64,000 nucleotides of DNA from Selaginella moellendorffii. Lineage: Eukaryota > Plantae > Lycopodiophyta. The position numbers and the translations under genes were made by a program. The notes beneath the pieces are model-generated. The model searched no databases. It saw nothing but the letters and a program-made list of their open reading frames with translations, and was not told the DNA's origin. Each line of letters begins with the position of its first letter. Within the stretch, counting starts at the first letter, position 1. Location of the stretch: contig NW_003314262.1 of the NCBI RefSeq assembly GCF_000143415.4, positions 3,668,405-3,732,404 on the forward strand. The letters run 5' to 3'. Below, in pieces: positions 37,176 through 50,200 of this stretch.

Positions 37176-37199
37176 TCCCACTTTAACGAAATAGAGCTT
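37176..37199 (-). repeat. Right TIR of the Sola-like transposon
   Basis: TCCCACTTTAACGAAATAGAGCTT followed by the TSD AATA. Confidence 0.95.
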
Positions 37200-37710
37200 A
37201 ATAGTTAGTTCACGAGATCAACTTCTTCAAAATTTTTGACAAACAGAGAATAAAAAACCTTTATCAAATTAGTTTAAGAAGTTGGCTTCAGATTAATTCT
37301 TCCACCACGAAGAAGCATTTCCTGAAAGCTTCATCACAAAAAAATCAATCTTCACTTTATCCTCACAAGGATTGTGAGACCAACAACTCTCCTATAATTC
37401 TAGCCAAGAATCAACATTTTAACTATCACAAACATCTAGTGATGGCTTTCATTCCAATACCATAATCCTTAGCATATTTGACATACTGATGGTAATCATG
37501 GATATGAGATTGATTTAACCCTTGAGGGTCCATACGAAGCAAAAAATCCTTAATGAAATTGATGGGTTCTTGATGATTTCATTGTGTGGCAAGAATGCCA
37601 GATTTATAAGGTTTAGAGTGACATAAAGAAGGTTAAAGAATCTCTTCTTCATCAACATGGCCATTATCATTAATGTTATACTCCTCATTAGGATCAATAT
37701 TTTGCTCACT

Positions 37711-40307
37711 TGCCATCCCTAAAATAAATGCCTCTTCACCAACATATATGTTCTCAGTACCCCTAGATGCCTAGCATTTGGCACATTCAGCCAAAATCTG
37801 TTTGATGAGTTTGTTAACAAGAACCACCACACATCCCTTCTTCACTAGGATTCCATTTTGTATCTTGAATGACACAAACTTGTCACCCTTTAAATCTGTA
37901 AAGGTGTCCCTTAACAAAACCTTCACGTGAATATCAATGAAGGAATTGAAGTTAACAAACTCCTTGAGCTCATCTAAGAAAACTCATCTAAAAAATTGGT
38001 AGATAGCTTAAACAGGATAGAATTTACCATTTTGGATAATACATTAGCCATCTTATTGTCACCTCCATGCTTGTACTAGATTTTAATAGATATTTCCTAT
38101 AGAAATTCTTGCCAATGAGCAAAATAGCTTTAAATATCCTTTTGTTGATTAAAATACTAGTGAGACTAATGGTCTGAATCCATATGGAAGTCCAATCCAT
38201 ACAGATAATGTTGCCATTCCTTCACAGTAGCAATCACAGCATACAACTCTTTATCTTGAGTAGGCTAATTCCACTATATGGCATTAAACTTATGACTCAT
38301 GTATGCAAGAGGATGCCCAACTTGAAATAATATGACTCCAATAGCAATATCACTTGCATCTGTCTCAACCACAAGAGGCCAGATGTGAAAGATCCACCAT
38401 AATAAATGCTTGAGCTGTATCCATGATGAATCCCACCACATTCACCTTAAGAATTTACATACACTTTGGAATTACCAGCTAATTCGAAGATTCATCCAAC
38501 ATTCTATGTGAGCAAGCTTAAAGCATGTTTACACTTCGGTGATATCATGGATCAATCCATCATCCAAGTCCCAGAGATTGATGTTGAGAAGGTTGGGCCG
38601 ACCAATATTATTGCTCAAAGATTGGTGAAAACACATTGGGAAACAACTAAAGAGTTGTTAGTTCAATGGAATGGTTATTCCATGGACGAAGCTACATGGG
38701 AAACTAAAGATGATGTGAAGAGAATATTTCCGAATTTTGGTTATAACTTGGATGACATTCCTGAGGAAGGGGAGAATGGAGTTCTATAGCTGTATTGTTA
38801 TATGATTTGAACCATTTATTCTATTTTCATTCTCTTGTTTCCATGATCATATTGTCATGTGAAAAAGCCATATTACTTTCTTTCTTTCGTGGCTGTTTAT
38901 CGTGATGTTGGTATTGTCATTTGCACATCTTTTCTCCATGGCCATATTGCCTTGGACTCCTTTCATATGAGGCTCATTTAGCTTCTCAAGGTTGTTGTAT
39001 GTGGCTAGGTCATGAAGGACAATGACACAAACCATAGGAATATTCTAAGAATATTCTATAGCCTGTGGGATTTAAGACCATAATGCCTTAAGGGTTGGGA
39101 GGTTTGGCTAGGGTTCGGTCTCTTGTTCGTTTCATTTGACAAAGTTTTCCTTTAAGTTGTTAGATGCACAACGGTCTCTGAAAAGAGGTGGTAGTGCTAA
39201 GTTGTCTCCATGGTATTGTGGGCCTTGGACAATTTTTATAGTGTAGGGGATCTTGCATATGCTTTAAGCTTGATTATATAGAACATTGGATGAATCTTCA
39301 AACTAACTAGTAATTCCAAAGTGTATGCAAGATCCCCCACACACTATAAAATTGTCCAAAACCCACAATACTATGGAGACAATTTAGCATTGCCACCTCT
39401 TTTCAGAGACTGTTGTGCATCTGACAACTTAAGAAAAACCTTGTCACCAACTTTGTACTCTTAATGACGATGATGTTTATTAGCCAATCTTAAGTCTCGA
39501 TCTTGAGCTTGTTTTATATTCAACTTTGCCAACTTAAACTTGTCTTGCATATCCTTTAAAGAAATCACAAGCATGAGATACCTGAACCAAAGCCAAACTC
39601 AAACTCACGGGAGACGTAGGCTCATAGCCATACATCACCATAAAAACAAACATGCCAATAGCCGATTCATAAGCATTATTCCGAGCAAACTAAAGCAAAA
39701 GTAAATACTTCTCCCATACTCCTTATCAAGTCAAATTTCCCACAAAAGACCTTAGCATATCTTCTAATAGCTGATTCATGTGCTCTATCTACCTATCTGA
39801 TTGAGGATTTTCACCACTACTCATGCTCAACTTAGTCTCTAGCTTCTCAAAGCCTATTTGCCAAAACTTGGATGTGAATTTGGGATTCTGATCACTTACA
39901 AAAACCATAGAGATTGAATAACTAGTCTACAAACAATTGAGTAAGTTCAGAAGCTTTTATCATTGTCTTCATAGGGAAGAAGTGAGTCAAACGATCCACA
40001 ACAACCCAAATAGCATCATTTCCTCAAAATGTCTTGGGCAAACTAGTGATAAAGTCTATTGAGATGTTATCCCACTTATTTTTAGGTACACGTAAAGGAT
40101 GATAGAGGCTAGCAAGCTTCTAATGATCAACTTTGACCACCTAATAGATTAAATAACCATGTACATACTTTTTAACATTTGACTTCATCCCAAGCCAAAA
40201 GAAATGCCTCTTCACTAACATATATATTCTTAGTACTTCTAGATGCCCAGCACTTGGCACATTATGACACTCAACCATAATCCGTTTGATGAGTTTGTCA
40301 ACATGAG
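37711..40307. mobile_element. Scrambled fragments of the host chromovirus family in both orientations (INT, RH, chromodomain plus LTR part)
   Basis: 38466-39080 (+) is the reverse complement of about 2990-3600. 39290-40300 parallels 3570-4600. 37720-38380 parallels the INT/RH region. Confidence 0.8.
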
Positions 40308-43300
40308 TGTCGCAAATGTGACTTTGGGTATCAAAAGTTACCTATCGGCCAATCCTTACGAACACTCCTTCCTTACTACCACAATGGCAAGAGGTCGGTA
40401 TTGCTGGTTCCCATCATTAGCCCCTCTTATCCAAGTGTTAGTAAACTGGGCTTAGCATCTATACATAGCCAGATGGACATAAGGTAGGAACTCCTGTGTT
40501 TCTAGCTGAGCATACTTGGCTTGGCTCTTAGTTCTCTTTTACTCTATCTTGCACTGGCTTGATAAGAACCTTCATGTATTGAGATTGGTCCCTCAATATC
40601 GTTAGATGATAGCTTACCATGTCTGCCAAACACCCTCGCTATCATGCCCTTTGTGTTAGTCTGATTTAGTCCCAAATACTATTTATGGAAAGTGTCTAGA
40701 TTTGCTCATTTGGCATATCTACGGAATGTAGAGATTGGCTTGAACACAATGGTGTTTGTCCTATGTCCATTATTTTAGTCCCAAATACTATTTATGGAAA
40801 GTGTCTAAATTTGCTCATTTGGCATATCTACGGAATATAGAGATTAACTTGAACACAATGGTGTTTGTCCCGTGTCCAAATGTGCATTCTAGCGCCAAAG
40901 TCCAACCCGAGACCACTCCGATACCAAATATAAGCTCTTGAGTTTGGACTTCCTGGGAGGTCACCCAGCCCAGTACTATTCAAACCCAAGGACGCTTAAC
41001 CTCAAATATCCCAAGACCCTTAACCGATTGGAAAAAGGGGTGCACTCTTGTTCATGGGCCCTTTCCCTCTATATTTGAACCCCATGGATCGTCTCTCGAG
41101 TCGTTTTCTTTAGTTGCTTACACTCGGGTTCCACACCATTGTCCTATGGACATGTGGCATGTGACACATGGCATATGACATGTGGCACATAGAGGGTTTA
41201 GGTTTGGTTTCGTGGTGTTATCCTATGGTAAATCATCATAGAATAAAGGGTAAAAACCACATGCGCTACATTTGGTATCAGAGGATGAGTCTCAGCGAGT
41301 ACTATTTAATGAGATTGGGCAATTAGTCTCGTTGCATACGTAGAGATGAAAACAATGATCTGAGTGGGTACACGTTTGGGTGCAAAGGCTTCGCAATGGT
41401 TCCTTGGATATGAAATTTGGTTACCTTTCATACTAGATTATAGCTTAGGCTCATAAGATGGATATGAGATGTTTCATTTGCATGAGTTTACACTTGGGCT
41501 CATGAGCAAGGCATATTAGCAACTTGAGGTTACACTTTGAGTTGGCAAGATTAATGTTAGCCTATCAGTGGTTCTATGAGTTGTTCCATGTACCGTGGGT
41601 GAAAGTAAACCTTCCCTGGGTTTACTATGAGTGGCAAATAGGCTGGTCCATAGCTATTTAGCATAGCACTAGTTGATCCTTCTTAGGCATGATTACGAGT
41701 GGATCAATCAAGACTATAAGGATTAATTTATTAGTTCAAATAATCATTGCCATGCTCTTTTATAAACTTTTCTTGGATTGGACTGAAGGTAGTGCGAAAA
41801 CAAGCTTAAGGTTTAGTCAAAAGATGAGACCAAAAAGAGAGTCATCAAGGACGAAGGATCAAACACGTAAATCATTTTTTCTTCTTGGAGAGATGATTTG
41901 CAACGAGGTATGACTCATTGCTCATGTTCACATCATGCAATCAAGAATCACATCATCTTGATGCATGTTGGAAATGATGGTCTTACAAGTGGTGAGTTAT
42001 GGGATGGATAGCGGTGAAGTACTAAACCATTTTGTCTAGGCATGCCATTGGAAGACTTGGGTTACAATACTCAATTCTTTTCCAGTAGCTTGATGTTGGA
42101 TTAGTTTTGAGATTGGTTGGAAAGAGAGTGGCATGAGCTTGTCCGTGTTATGAACAAAAATTAGTGGTGTTGGGTGTTGTAAATTTCTATCGGTGAAGTG
42201 TGGCATTTGTATTGCATTTTGTCAAATTGAGTTGGCACTTGATACTTACATAAACCTTTAGAGTAGTGACATGTGCATTGCTTGTGGTGTTACTCAATTG
42301 ATGATCAAATTATTGTGATTTCTTATATCATATCCATGTGATAATGAATAATGTGTTTACAAAGTTGCTTTGGTAAATGATGATCAACCCCAAAGTGGTT
42401 GATAGTGAAGCTAGTCTACTTGCACAAAGTAGCATTGTAGTAGCTTTGACTAGATTCTCGATGGTGGTCCATTATGCTAAACTTAAGTTGGTATTTTGTT
42501 TCCTTGAGTTTGCGTATTAAGGTGTTGGAGAAAGGTTGTACCATTCATTTGTTATAGCTCGTCAATTGATCCATTAACACTTGGAGTAAATTATTGGATG
42601 GAAAAAATATGTAGTTAGGGCATTGACATCACTAGCACTTATGTTAGTGGAAGTGGCATTGTTATTTCAAGTGATGAAGATTTTTCCTTGAACCTTGATT
42701 TTTCATGTCATTTTTCTTGTTAATGTTTTGGTTTCATATTGGATTTTGAAGGTGGTTGAAACAAAATGTTAATACAATATGGATATCTAAAGACATGGTC
42801 TTCGTGATCAAGCCTTAAATGTTCATTTTGCATTTTTACGAATGTCAAAGTTAGATGTTGGAAAAATGGGCAAAGATGTTTGATGCTTAAACATTCTATT
42901 GAGTCATAAGAATTTATGTTAAGGTGAACCTATATGAAGTTGATGGTAGGAGGAAGTTGGTTGAGTCTTAAAAGTTTGCATTCGTGGACTAAGAGTCATT
43001 CTTTCTCTAGGATGGAAAATTTTCCACAAATTTTCTTAGGTTTTTCTAGTGGCTGATTTGTTGATCACTTTGCTCGAAAACCATTCCATTTTTGTAAGCT
43101 AGTACAAACTAATAAAAGGGTTGAAGTTGACTTTAGTTAGCTTAGACCTTAGTAGGTAGTTTGTATGTTATGACTCGAAAGGGATGCTGACTTTGGGGCT
43201 AAGGCAATTGAGTTGGATAGAGTCTAGAGTTGGTGTAAAAAAGTGGCTATTGCACTTTTCTAAAAAGGTAACTTTTATGCCTTTCTTTTATAGGATTCTA

Positions 43301-46300
43301 CTTGGTGGCAGGTTGCACTTTACATTTCGCTAAAACTCTATGAAAGTAGTGAGCTTTCACTGATCTTAACTTGGTCTTGGTAGCCTTGTGCCTTGGCTGA
43401 GGATAGTGATGTCTAGCTTAGTTGTTTGCAGTTGAAATGCTGATACCCATACTATAGCTTTGTCTATGAGGAGGTTGTGTACTGATATGAGTCCATCTCG
43501 TGGTCTTCACTTTAGTTTCAGCTAAGTGTTGATCATGCATAGCTAGCCTTGTCAATGCATGCTCAAAGCTATTGGCTAAATGCATTAGTGAGCTTATTTC
43601 AGTTAAGTTGGATTCGAGTGGTCATTTAATTCGTGCTTGTCCATGAATCTATATCTCATACATGAGGTATTATATTACTATTGGACAAGTATATGACTTG
43701 ATGGCATGAGTTTAATGTTTGGGTCTTATGAAGGCAAGTTGAAGGAGTGATTGTCGATTGTTTGACAACTAATAATTGCTTGTAGACTTCGTCGAGGATT
43801 GTTTGACACTTGCTTCGCTCGATGATGATTTAGTAGTGATGGGCTTGCTTTATCAGATGATGTTGCAGAGGATCGTGTTGTTAAACTTACATAGGTTTTC
43901 TATGTTGGTATATCGATTCTGCCTTTGTTGATATCATTTGGTTGCGTTTAGTTTATAGTGTTGGATTTCATTGAGTCTTGGATGTGGTGAATCACTCCTT
44001 AATGAAGTGTTATCTGTAACTGAGTTTTGTTGAAGGATTAGTCTTAGATATTGATTAAAGTATCTTCGACTTTGGTTAGCTTGGTTGCTAGAGCGTTTTG
44101 GGTGGTGATTCACTCTTGCTTTTTTATAGCTTTGTTTTGGTGTTGATGGCATTGAAGTGATACCTAAATATAAGATTTGAGTGAAATGAGATGTCTCTCT
44201 ATAGGATTGATATTGATTTTCATTAGTATTGATGATTTAGCTATGGCTTTATGTTATTGGCATTCATGCATTTGCTAGTTAGCAACTGTGTTGATGTTCA
44301 AACAAACTGAGTGGCAAGTTTGAGTTAGTTGTGTTCTAGACGAGATTGTTTAGTAGGGGTTGAGCTTTAGCTTTTCCTTGAAAAGTGATTTAGTCGTAAA
44401 CTATACTAGCTTTACGAAAAGAAAAGTTAGTGATTGATATTAGAACATTTGAATCTTTGTTGGATTTGAGTCGGGATATATTAATCATTGATGATTCTTC
44501 TTGTGCTTATTATGAAGTGAGTTATGTCTTGCTATAGATGGATTCATGGAGGATCGTTTAGTGATCACTTGTGGAGCATAGCTTTAATATGCTTGGCTTT
44601 TGGATTGATGCAAACATGCTTTTCATTAGTTTTGGCATTATGAAGTTTGGCTTATAAAAGTGTTGAAGAGGATATTGTGGGTTGTACCATAATTTCTTCT
44701 TTAGCATTAAAGTTAGTTTATGCGAGACTCGTAATCATTGTTAAGCAAGACTTAACTATAAGCTTCTTTAAACTTTTGGTTCCTTGAGTTTTCATGATCA
44801 TTATTTCATTTGTTAAAAGCTGTTAGGAAAAGCATTTTGGCTCATTAGTTTCAATGTTGAAATTAGCTTTTGCATCTAGCAATCATTGATGATGATTGAT
44901 TGTCATCTAGGATAGTTGATTATCTTTGTCGAAGGTTTTGCTTGATTATTGTTGATCTAGAATGATTTGCTATTCTTCGGGATAGTGGATTCCTTCTTAG
45001 ACAATGATTCTACATATCTTTTTTTGATGAGATGATTAATGATCTGTTATGATGGTTAATTATTCTCTTTGATGGCTTTTGGCTTTTCATAATACCACAT
45101 GTTCTTTGTGGTTTGCTCTGGATTGGTCTCTTAAGTTTGAGATATCAATAGGATGTTGCTAACGTTTGCTAAAACAACTTGGGTTCCTTCGTATTGTTGA
45201 TCGGGATCTATTTAAATTAACTAGTGCGATGGTTGGCATGATTAAGTGTTTGTTAGTTTTACCATATTCATTCTGTTCTATTGATTGTTGCTCAAGTTAG
45301 TTCTAATAGATTATAATATTATTTCCTTCGGGTGATACATTCGCAAGCATTATGTTTATTGGTTAAGGATACTTTGTGTTTTTTAAGTTATCTTTGGTAA
45401 GTTGCTTAGCATACTATCTACAATCTTCGGTAGTTAAGTTTTCTCATTGAGTTTACTTGATGATATATTTATTATTGAATTTTGTTGGATGGTGAATCCT
45501 ATGTTTTCCAATGATAGTGATTTTAGTGGTTCCTATCCTATAATACTGATTTATTAGATGATAACTTACTTGGAATACTTTTGTGTTCTAATTTAAGCTT
45601 TATTGACTGATAATTAAATCTCTAAGATATCATTGTCTTTAGCTTTGATATTGTCCATATATTGGTCTTTGTGTTTGGGCCAGTATAGGCAAATTGGCTT
45701 CGGCACTTCGTGTGCATGTTGAAATCTCTAGTCATGGGGTAGCTACTGTTAACTGGTCACATCACCCACCTCTCTGTCGATGATCCTTATTCCATTAAAA
45801 GGGCATGATCGTGTAAACAACTCTAACTGCCTGTTTACAGTAGTCTATCTAAACTTTACCGACGGGTTTGGTTTCTTTGCTCATGAGGGTTAGAGCCTCT
45901 AGCTTTTCTCTCTATATCCCTGCGGGCAAGGGCATATCACACTTTTGTAAGCTAAGTGACACCCAAAGCAGCAAGGGTGGCTAACTTTGTTGGTCATTTC
46001 CTTGTTGGCAAAAGCTGAAAGGTGTCTAAGTTGGTAGCGCATCCACGTTAAACAAAGAGATTGCCTCCTAAGTCGGTGCATTTATCACATAGTGTGATTA
46101 TCGTGAACTTTTTCTGGAGTTGTTTCCTTGGCAGTGGTCTAGACTCAAGTATGCATTGACGAAGACGTCGATCTTCCCTAGGGGGGAGAGTGTTACAAAT
46201 GTGACTTCGGGTATCGAAAGTTACCTGTCAGCTAGTCCTTACGGACACTCCTTCCTTACTGCCACAATGGCAATAGGTCGATATTGCTAGTTCCCATCAT

Positions 46301-47312
46301 TAGCCCATCTTGTCCAAGTGTTAGTAAATTGGGTTTAGCATCTGTACATAGCCAGATGGACATAAGGTAGGAACTCCTATGTGTTTCTAGCTAAGCATAC
46401 TCGGCTTGGCTCTTAGTTCTCTTTTGCTCTGTCTTGCACTGGCTTGACAAGAACCCTCGCGTATTGAGATTGGTCCTTCAATATCACTGGATGATAGCTT
46501 ACCATGTTTGCCAAACACCCTCGCTATCATGCCCTTTATGTTAGTGTTATTTCAGTCCTAAATACTATTTATGGAAAGTGTCTAGATTTGCTCATTTGGC
46601 ATATCTACGGAATGTAGAGATTGGCTTGAACACAATGGTGTTCGTCCCGTGTCCAAATTTGGATTCTAGCACCATTCTATATTTAGTAAGTTTTGAGCTT
46701 GTCCCAGAGACTAACTCCTGATACTAAGGGAAGCTTGGGGTGAAAGCCTAAAACATGTGTTCCTCAAGGGGGGATATGGGGGGTTCCAAATGTATAGTAG
46801 GGATAGTGGGTAGGTCGGGCATGGCCGACCAACCTGAGGCATAATCTAGCTCCCACTTGCATGCCAGTCTTTGTTCTGCATCTAGCTTGGGTCTAAGCCC
46901 AAGCTCCACACCATGCTAGCTAGTGGAGTACCCATATCCTTGCGTTAGGCCACCAGTATGCCGAAATAACGCCAGACTCTGTTTGGCTCCGTTTTGCATG
47001 CTAGTCCTAGCATTGGGATGCTCGTTGCTCTAGGACTGTTCCAAGCCGCTCCAGGTTCCTGTCCCTTCGCTCTTTGGGTTGTATGCTCGAAAGTTGCTCT
47101 ATAGTCCGATTCCATCACTTTTTGCCTCCATGCTTGGGGGTTTGGCATTGTTCCTTCATTTAGTGGCCCAAGGCTCTAAACCTCAGGTTCCACACCACTG
47201 TCCTATGGACACGTGGCATGTGCCACGTGGCATATAAAGGGTTTAGGTTCTGCTTCGTGGTGTTATCCTATGGTAAATCACCATAAGATAAAGGGTAAAA
47301 AGCACGTGCTCA
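40308..47312 (+). mobile_element. Non-coding LARD-like LTR element (LTRs 40308-41270 and 46191-~47312)
   Basis: TGTCGCAAATG/TGTTACAAATG starts, PBS TGGTATCAGAG at 41273-41283, PPT AGGGGGGAGAG. The 4.9-kb AT-rich interior has no recognisable ORF. No TSD recovered. Confidence 0.75.
40896..41122 (-). mobile_element. Truncated Cassandra TRIM (one 194-bp LTR at 40929-41122, PBS and ~30 bp internal)
   Basis: Reverse complement of the Cassandra LTR including the 5S core. PBS TGGTATCGGAG at 40916-40926. Confidence 0.88.
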
Positions 47313-50200
47313 GGTGTTGAGGGACACCTTTATAGATTTGAAAGGTGACAAGTTTGTGTCATTCAATATACAAGTCAACAAATTCTTTGAGCTCATCCAA
47401 GAAATTGCTAGATAGCTTCACAAACAAGATAAAATTTACCATCCTAGATAATGCATCAGCCATCTTATTGTCACCTCCATACTTGCATTAGATCTTAATA
47501 AACATTTCCTGCAGAAATTCTTGCCAATAAGCAAGGCAATCTTGAAGATCCTTTTGTCAATTGAAATACTAATGAGACTAATGGTCTGAATCCACATGGA
47601 AGTCCAATCCTTACAAATAATATTGCTATTCCTTCACAGCAGCAATCATAGCATACAACTCCTTGTCTCGAGTAGGCCAATTCCGTTATGTGGCATCAAA
47701 TTTATAGCTTATATACGCAAGAGGATGCCCAACTTGAAGCAAGACGGCTCCAATAGCAATATTATTTACATCTATGTCGATCACAAAAGGCTAGATATGA
47801 AAGATCCACCACAGTAAATCCTTGAGTTGTATCCATAATTAATCCCACCACATTCACCTTAAAAATTCATTGACCCCTTCAGGATAATCTTTGCCTTGAT
47901 GTCCAATCCTATGGCAATGAAAACAATTGCCTTCTATCTTGTCTTTCTCCTATTGGTCCAAATGATGTCTTTTGGCCTCGTTACCATCTCCACTCTTCAA
48001 GCTACGATGGACCAAAGGCCATTTCTTCCCCAAGGATAAAGTATTGGTGGGTTATCATGTTGACTACCCTACAGACCATCCCGTTGACCAGAGTTGACCA
48101 AGTTGACTAATGGTTTGGGTGAAAAGATTTGAGCCTTAATGATAGCATCAATCAACGTTACTGGAAAATCCTTCTTAACCTTCTACTATACATCCACCGA
48201 GCTAAAACCTTTGATAAAACATTACACCTTTAGCAGCTCATTAGAGGTGCCTATGAGACTAAGGCAAAGATCATAGAACTTGTGGGCATATGCATCAAAA
48301 GACAAAGTTCTCTGCTGGATCTTTAACAGTTGAATCATGAGATCAACCTCTTCAAACTTCTAAGAATAAACCTCTTAACTATCAGAAACACTTGATGATA
48401 ACTTCCATTCCATAATACCATAATCCTTGGCATGCTTGTATGTTTCATGATCTTTGTCTTAGTATCATGGGCACCTATAATGAGTTGCTAAAGGTGCAAT
48501 GTTTCATCAAATGATTGATTATGGATGTATAATAAAAAGTCAAGAATGATTTTCCAACAATATTCATTGATGCTATCACTAAAGCTTAAATCTTTTCACC
48601 CAAACCATCAATCAACTTAGTCAACTCTAGTAAATAGGATGGTCTATGGGGTAATTAATATGATGACCAACTTGCCAATACTTCATCTTCTGGGAAGAAA
48701 CAACTGTTTTTCTATTGTGGCTCGAAGAGTGGAGATGGTAATAAGGCAAAAAAATATTATTTGGACCAACAAGAGAAAAACAAGATGGAGGGCAATTGTT
48801 TTTGTCGTCACAATACTAGACATCACGGCAAGGATTGCCCTTTTGTGAAGGGATCAAAGAATGCTAAAGTGAATGTGGTAGAATTTATCATGAATACAAC
48901 TCAAGCATATGCTATGGTGGCTTTTCCACACCCTGTAGCAAAAGTTTAAGAATCTAAATTTTGAGTTTGTATCAACTTTGTAGAGATTAATGGTTCTATG
49001 CACAATCAACTTATGAAAGCCAAGGGGGATATTCAAGGTAGTGTTGTTAGTATTCTTTTCAATATATGTGCTACTCACAACTTTTTGAGCTCTAGGGTAA
49101 TGAAGAAACTTAGTTTGTCTATGGAAAAAAGTTCAATAATTTACAAAGTGGTTATAGCAAATGGACATAGCACTCATATTTATGGTGAATGGGCTTTGAA
49201 TGTTCTTTTGACAGTTATCCTTCGTTCTATGTTATGGATCTTGATTGGTTTGATGACGGAAGGCTAGGGATTGATTGGGAGTGTAATGTTCTACATATTG
49301 AAATTGGTGCATATCAAGTTTTGTGATATATTTTCGGATGAATTGCATGATGGTTTGCTTCTTGAACATGGAATTCAACATAATATTGACTTGGTTCTTG
49401 GAGCTACTCTTTATCAGCATCAACTGACTCATATTAATCCTACTGAAGATGAGGAAATTAATAGGTAATTTGCTGAATACCTTCAAAAAGGATGGTTATA
49501 GATTAGCAAGTCTCCTTGGGCTGTTCCAATAGTGATAGTCAAGAAAGAAGATGGTACATAGCATCTCTACATGAATTACAAGGGATTGAGTGGTAGGATA
49601 GTGAAGAATATGTTTTCAATCCCTTGTATTGATGATTTTTTCAATCATCTTCGTGATGCTTGATATTTTTCAAAGATTGATTTGAGGCAAGGGTATCATT
49701 AGATTTGTGTCAAACTAGAGGATGTTCCAAAAACTGTAATTTGAATAAGGATGGGTCATTACAAGTTTTTAGTGATGCTATTTGGTTTGACAAATGCTCC
49801 TGCAACTTTTCAGAAATTGAATTAAGTTCTACAACCTTACTTGGGAAAGTTTGCAATTGATTATTTTGATGATATTCTAGTATTCAACTCTTAAATGGAG
49901 GATTATGAGATGCATATATGAAGTGTTTTGCACCTTTTGAGAGACAACAAGCTCTACTTGAAGTTATCAAGATGTGAGTTTTTCTTAAAGGAGAGTGGAT
50001 ATTTTGGGCATTTGATTTTAGTATATAGAGTGAGAGTTGATCATGCAAAGATTCAAGTCATGGTTAATTGGCCTATACTTTCGATAATGCATAGTTTCTA
50101 TGGTATAGCTGGAGTTTTTTGACAATTTATGAAGGACTTTTCAAAGATAGTAGCACCCTTGACCCATCTTCTTCAAAATACATCAAAACATGCTACTCTA
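47313..50200. mobile_element. Further host-chromovirus fragments: minus-strand RH/gag (47.3-48.45 kb) and plus-strand gag-PR-RT (48.45-50.2 kb)
   Basis: Colinear similarity to 10926-11712 and 22572-24850. ORF remnants SILFNICATHNFLS and DNKLYLKLSRCEFF. Confidence 0.8.

Larger units (their letters stand above)
24861..37199 (-). mobile_element. Giant (12,339 bp) Sola1-like DNA transposon with cargo gene; 24-bp perfect TIRs, 4-bp TSD AATA
   Basis: TIR AAGCTCTATTTCGTTAAAGTGGGA at 24861-24884 and its reverse complement at 37176-37199. AATA at 24857-24860 and 37200-37203. The flanks join into continuous chromovirus gag (compare 48308-48335). Transposase motifs are Sola1-like. Confidence 0.85.
2824..37710 (-). 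mobile_element. Old Ty3/gypsy chromovirus (about 5 kb of its own sequence) hosting four nested insertions; 5' LTR not found
   Basis: After removing the insertions, the minus strand gives gag (37.7-37.2 kb, 24.85-24.3 kb), protease (ILFDPSATHN), RT (DYFDDILVFS), RNase H (VVETDTS), integrase and chromodomain, then a PPT and LTR. Empty-site sequences match sibling fragments at 47.4-48.4 kb. Confidence 0.8.

Noticed and set aside
41147-41190. GTGGCATGTG(A/C)CAC repeats here and at about 47208-47232 resembling the Sola palindrome
   Set aside because: Different structure (G-box-like CACGTGGC repeats without the 8-6-8 arrangement), part of the LARD LTR.
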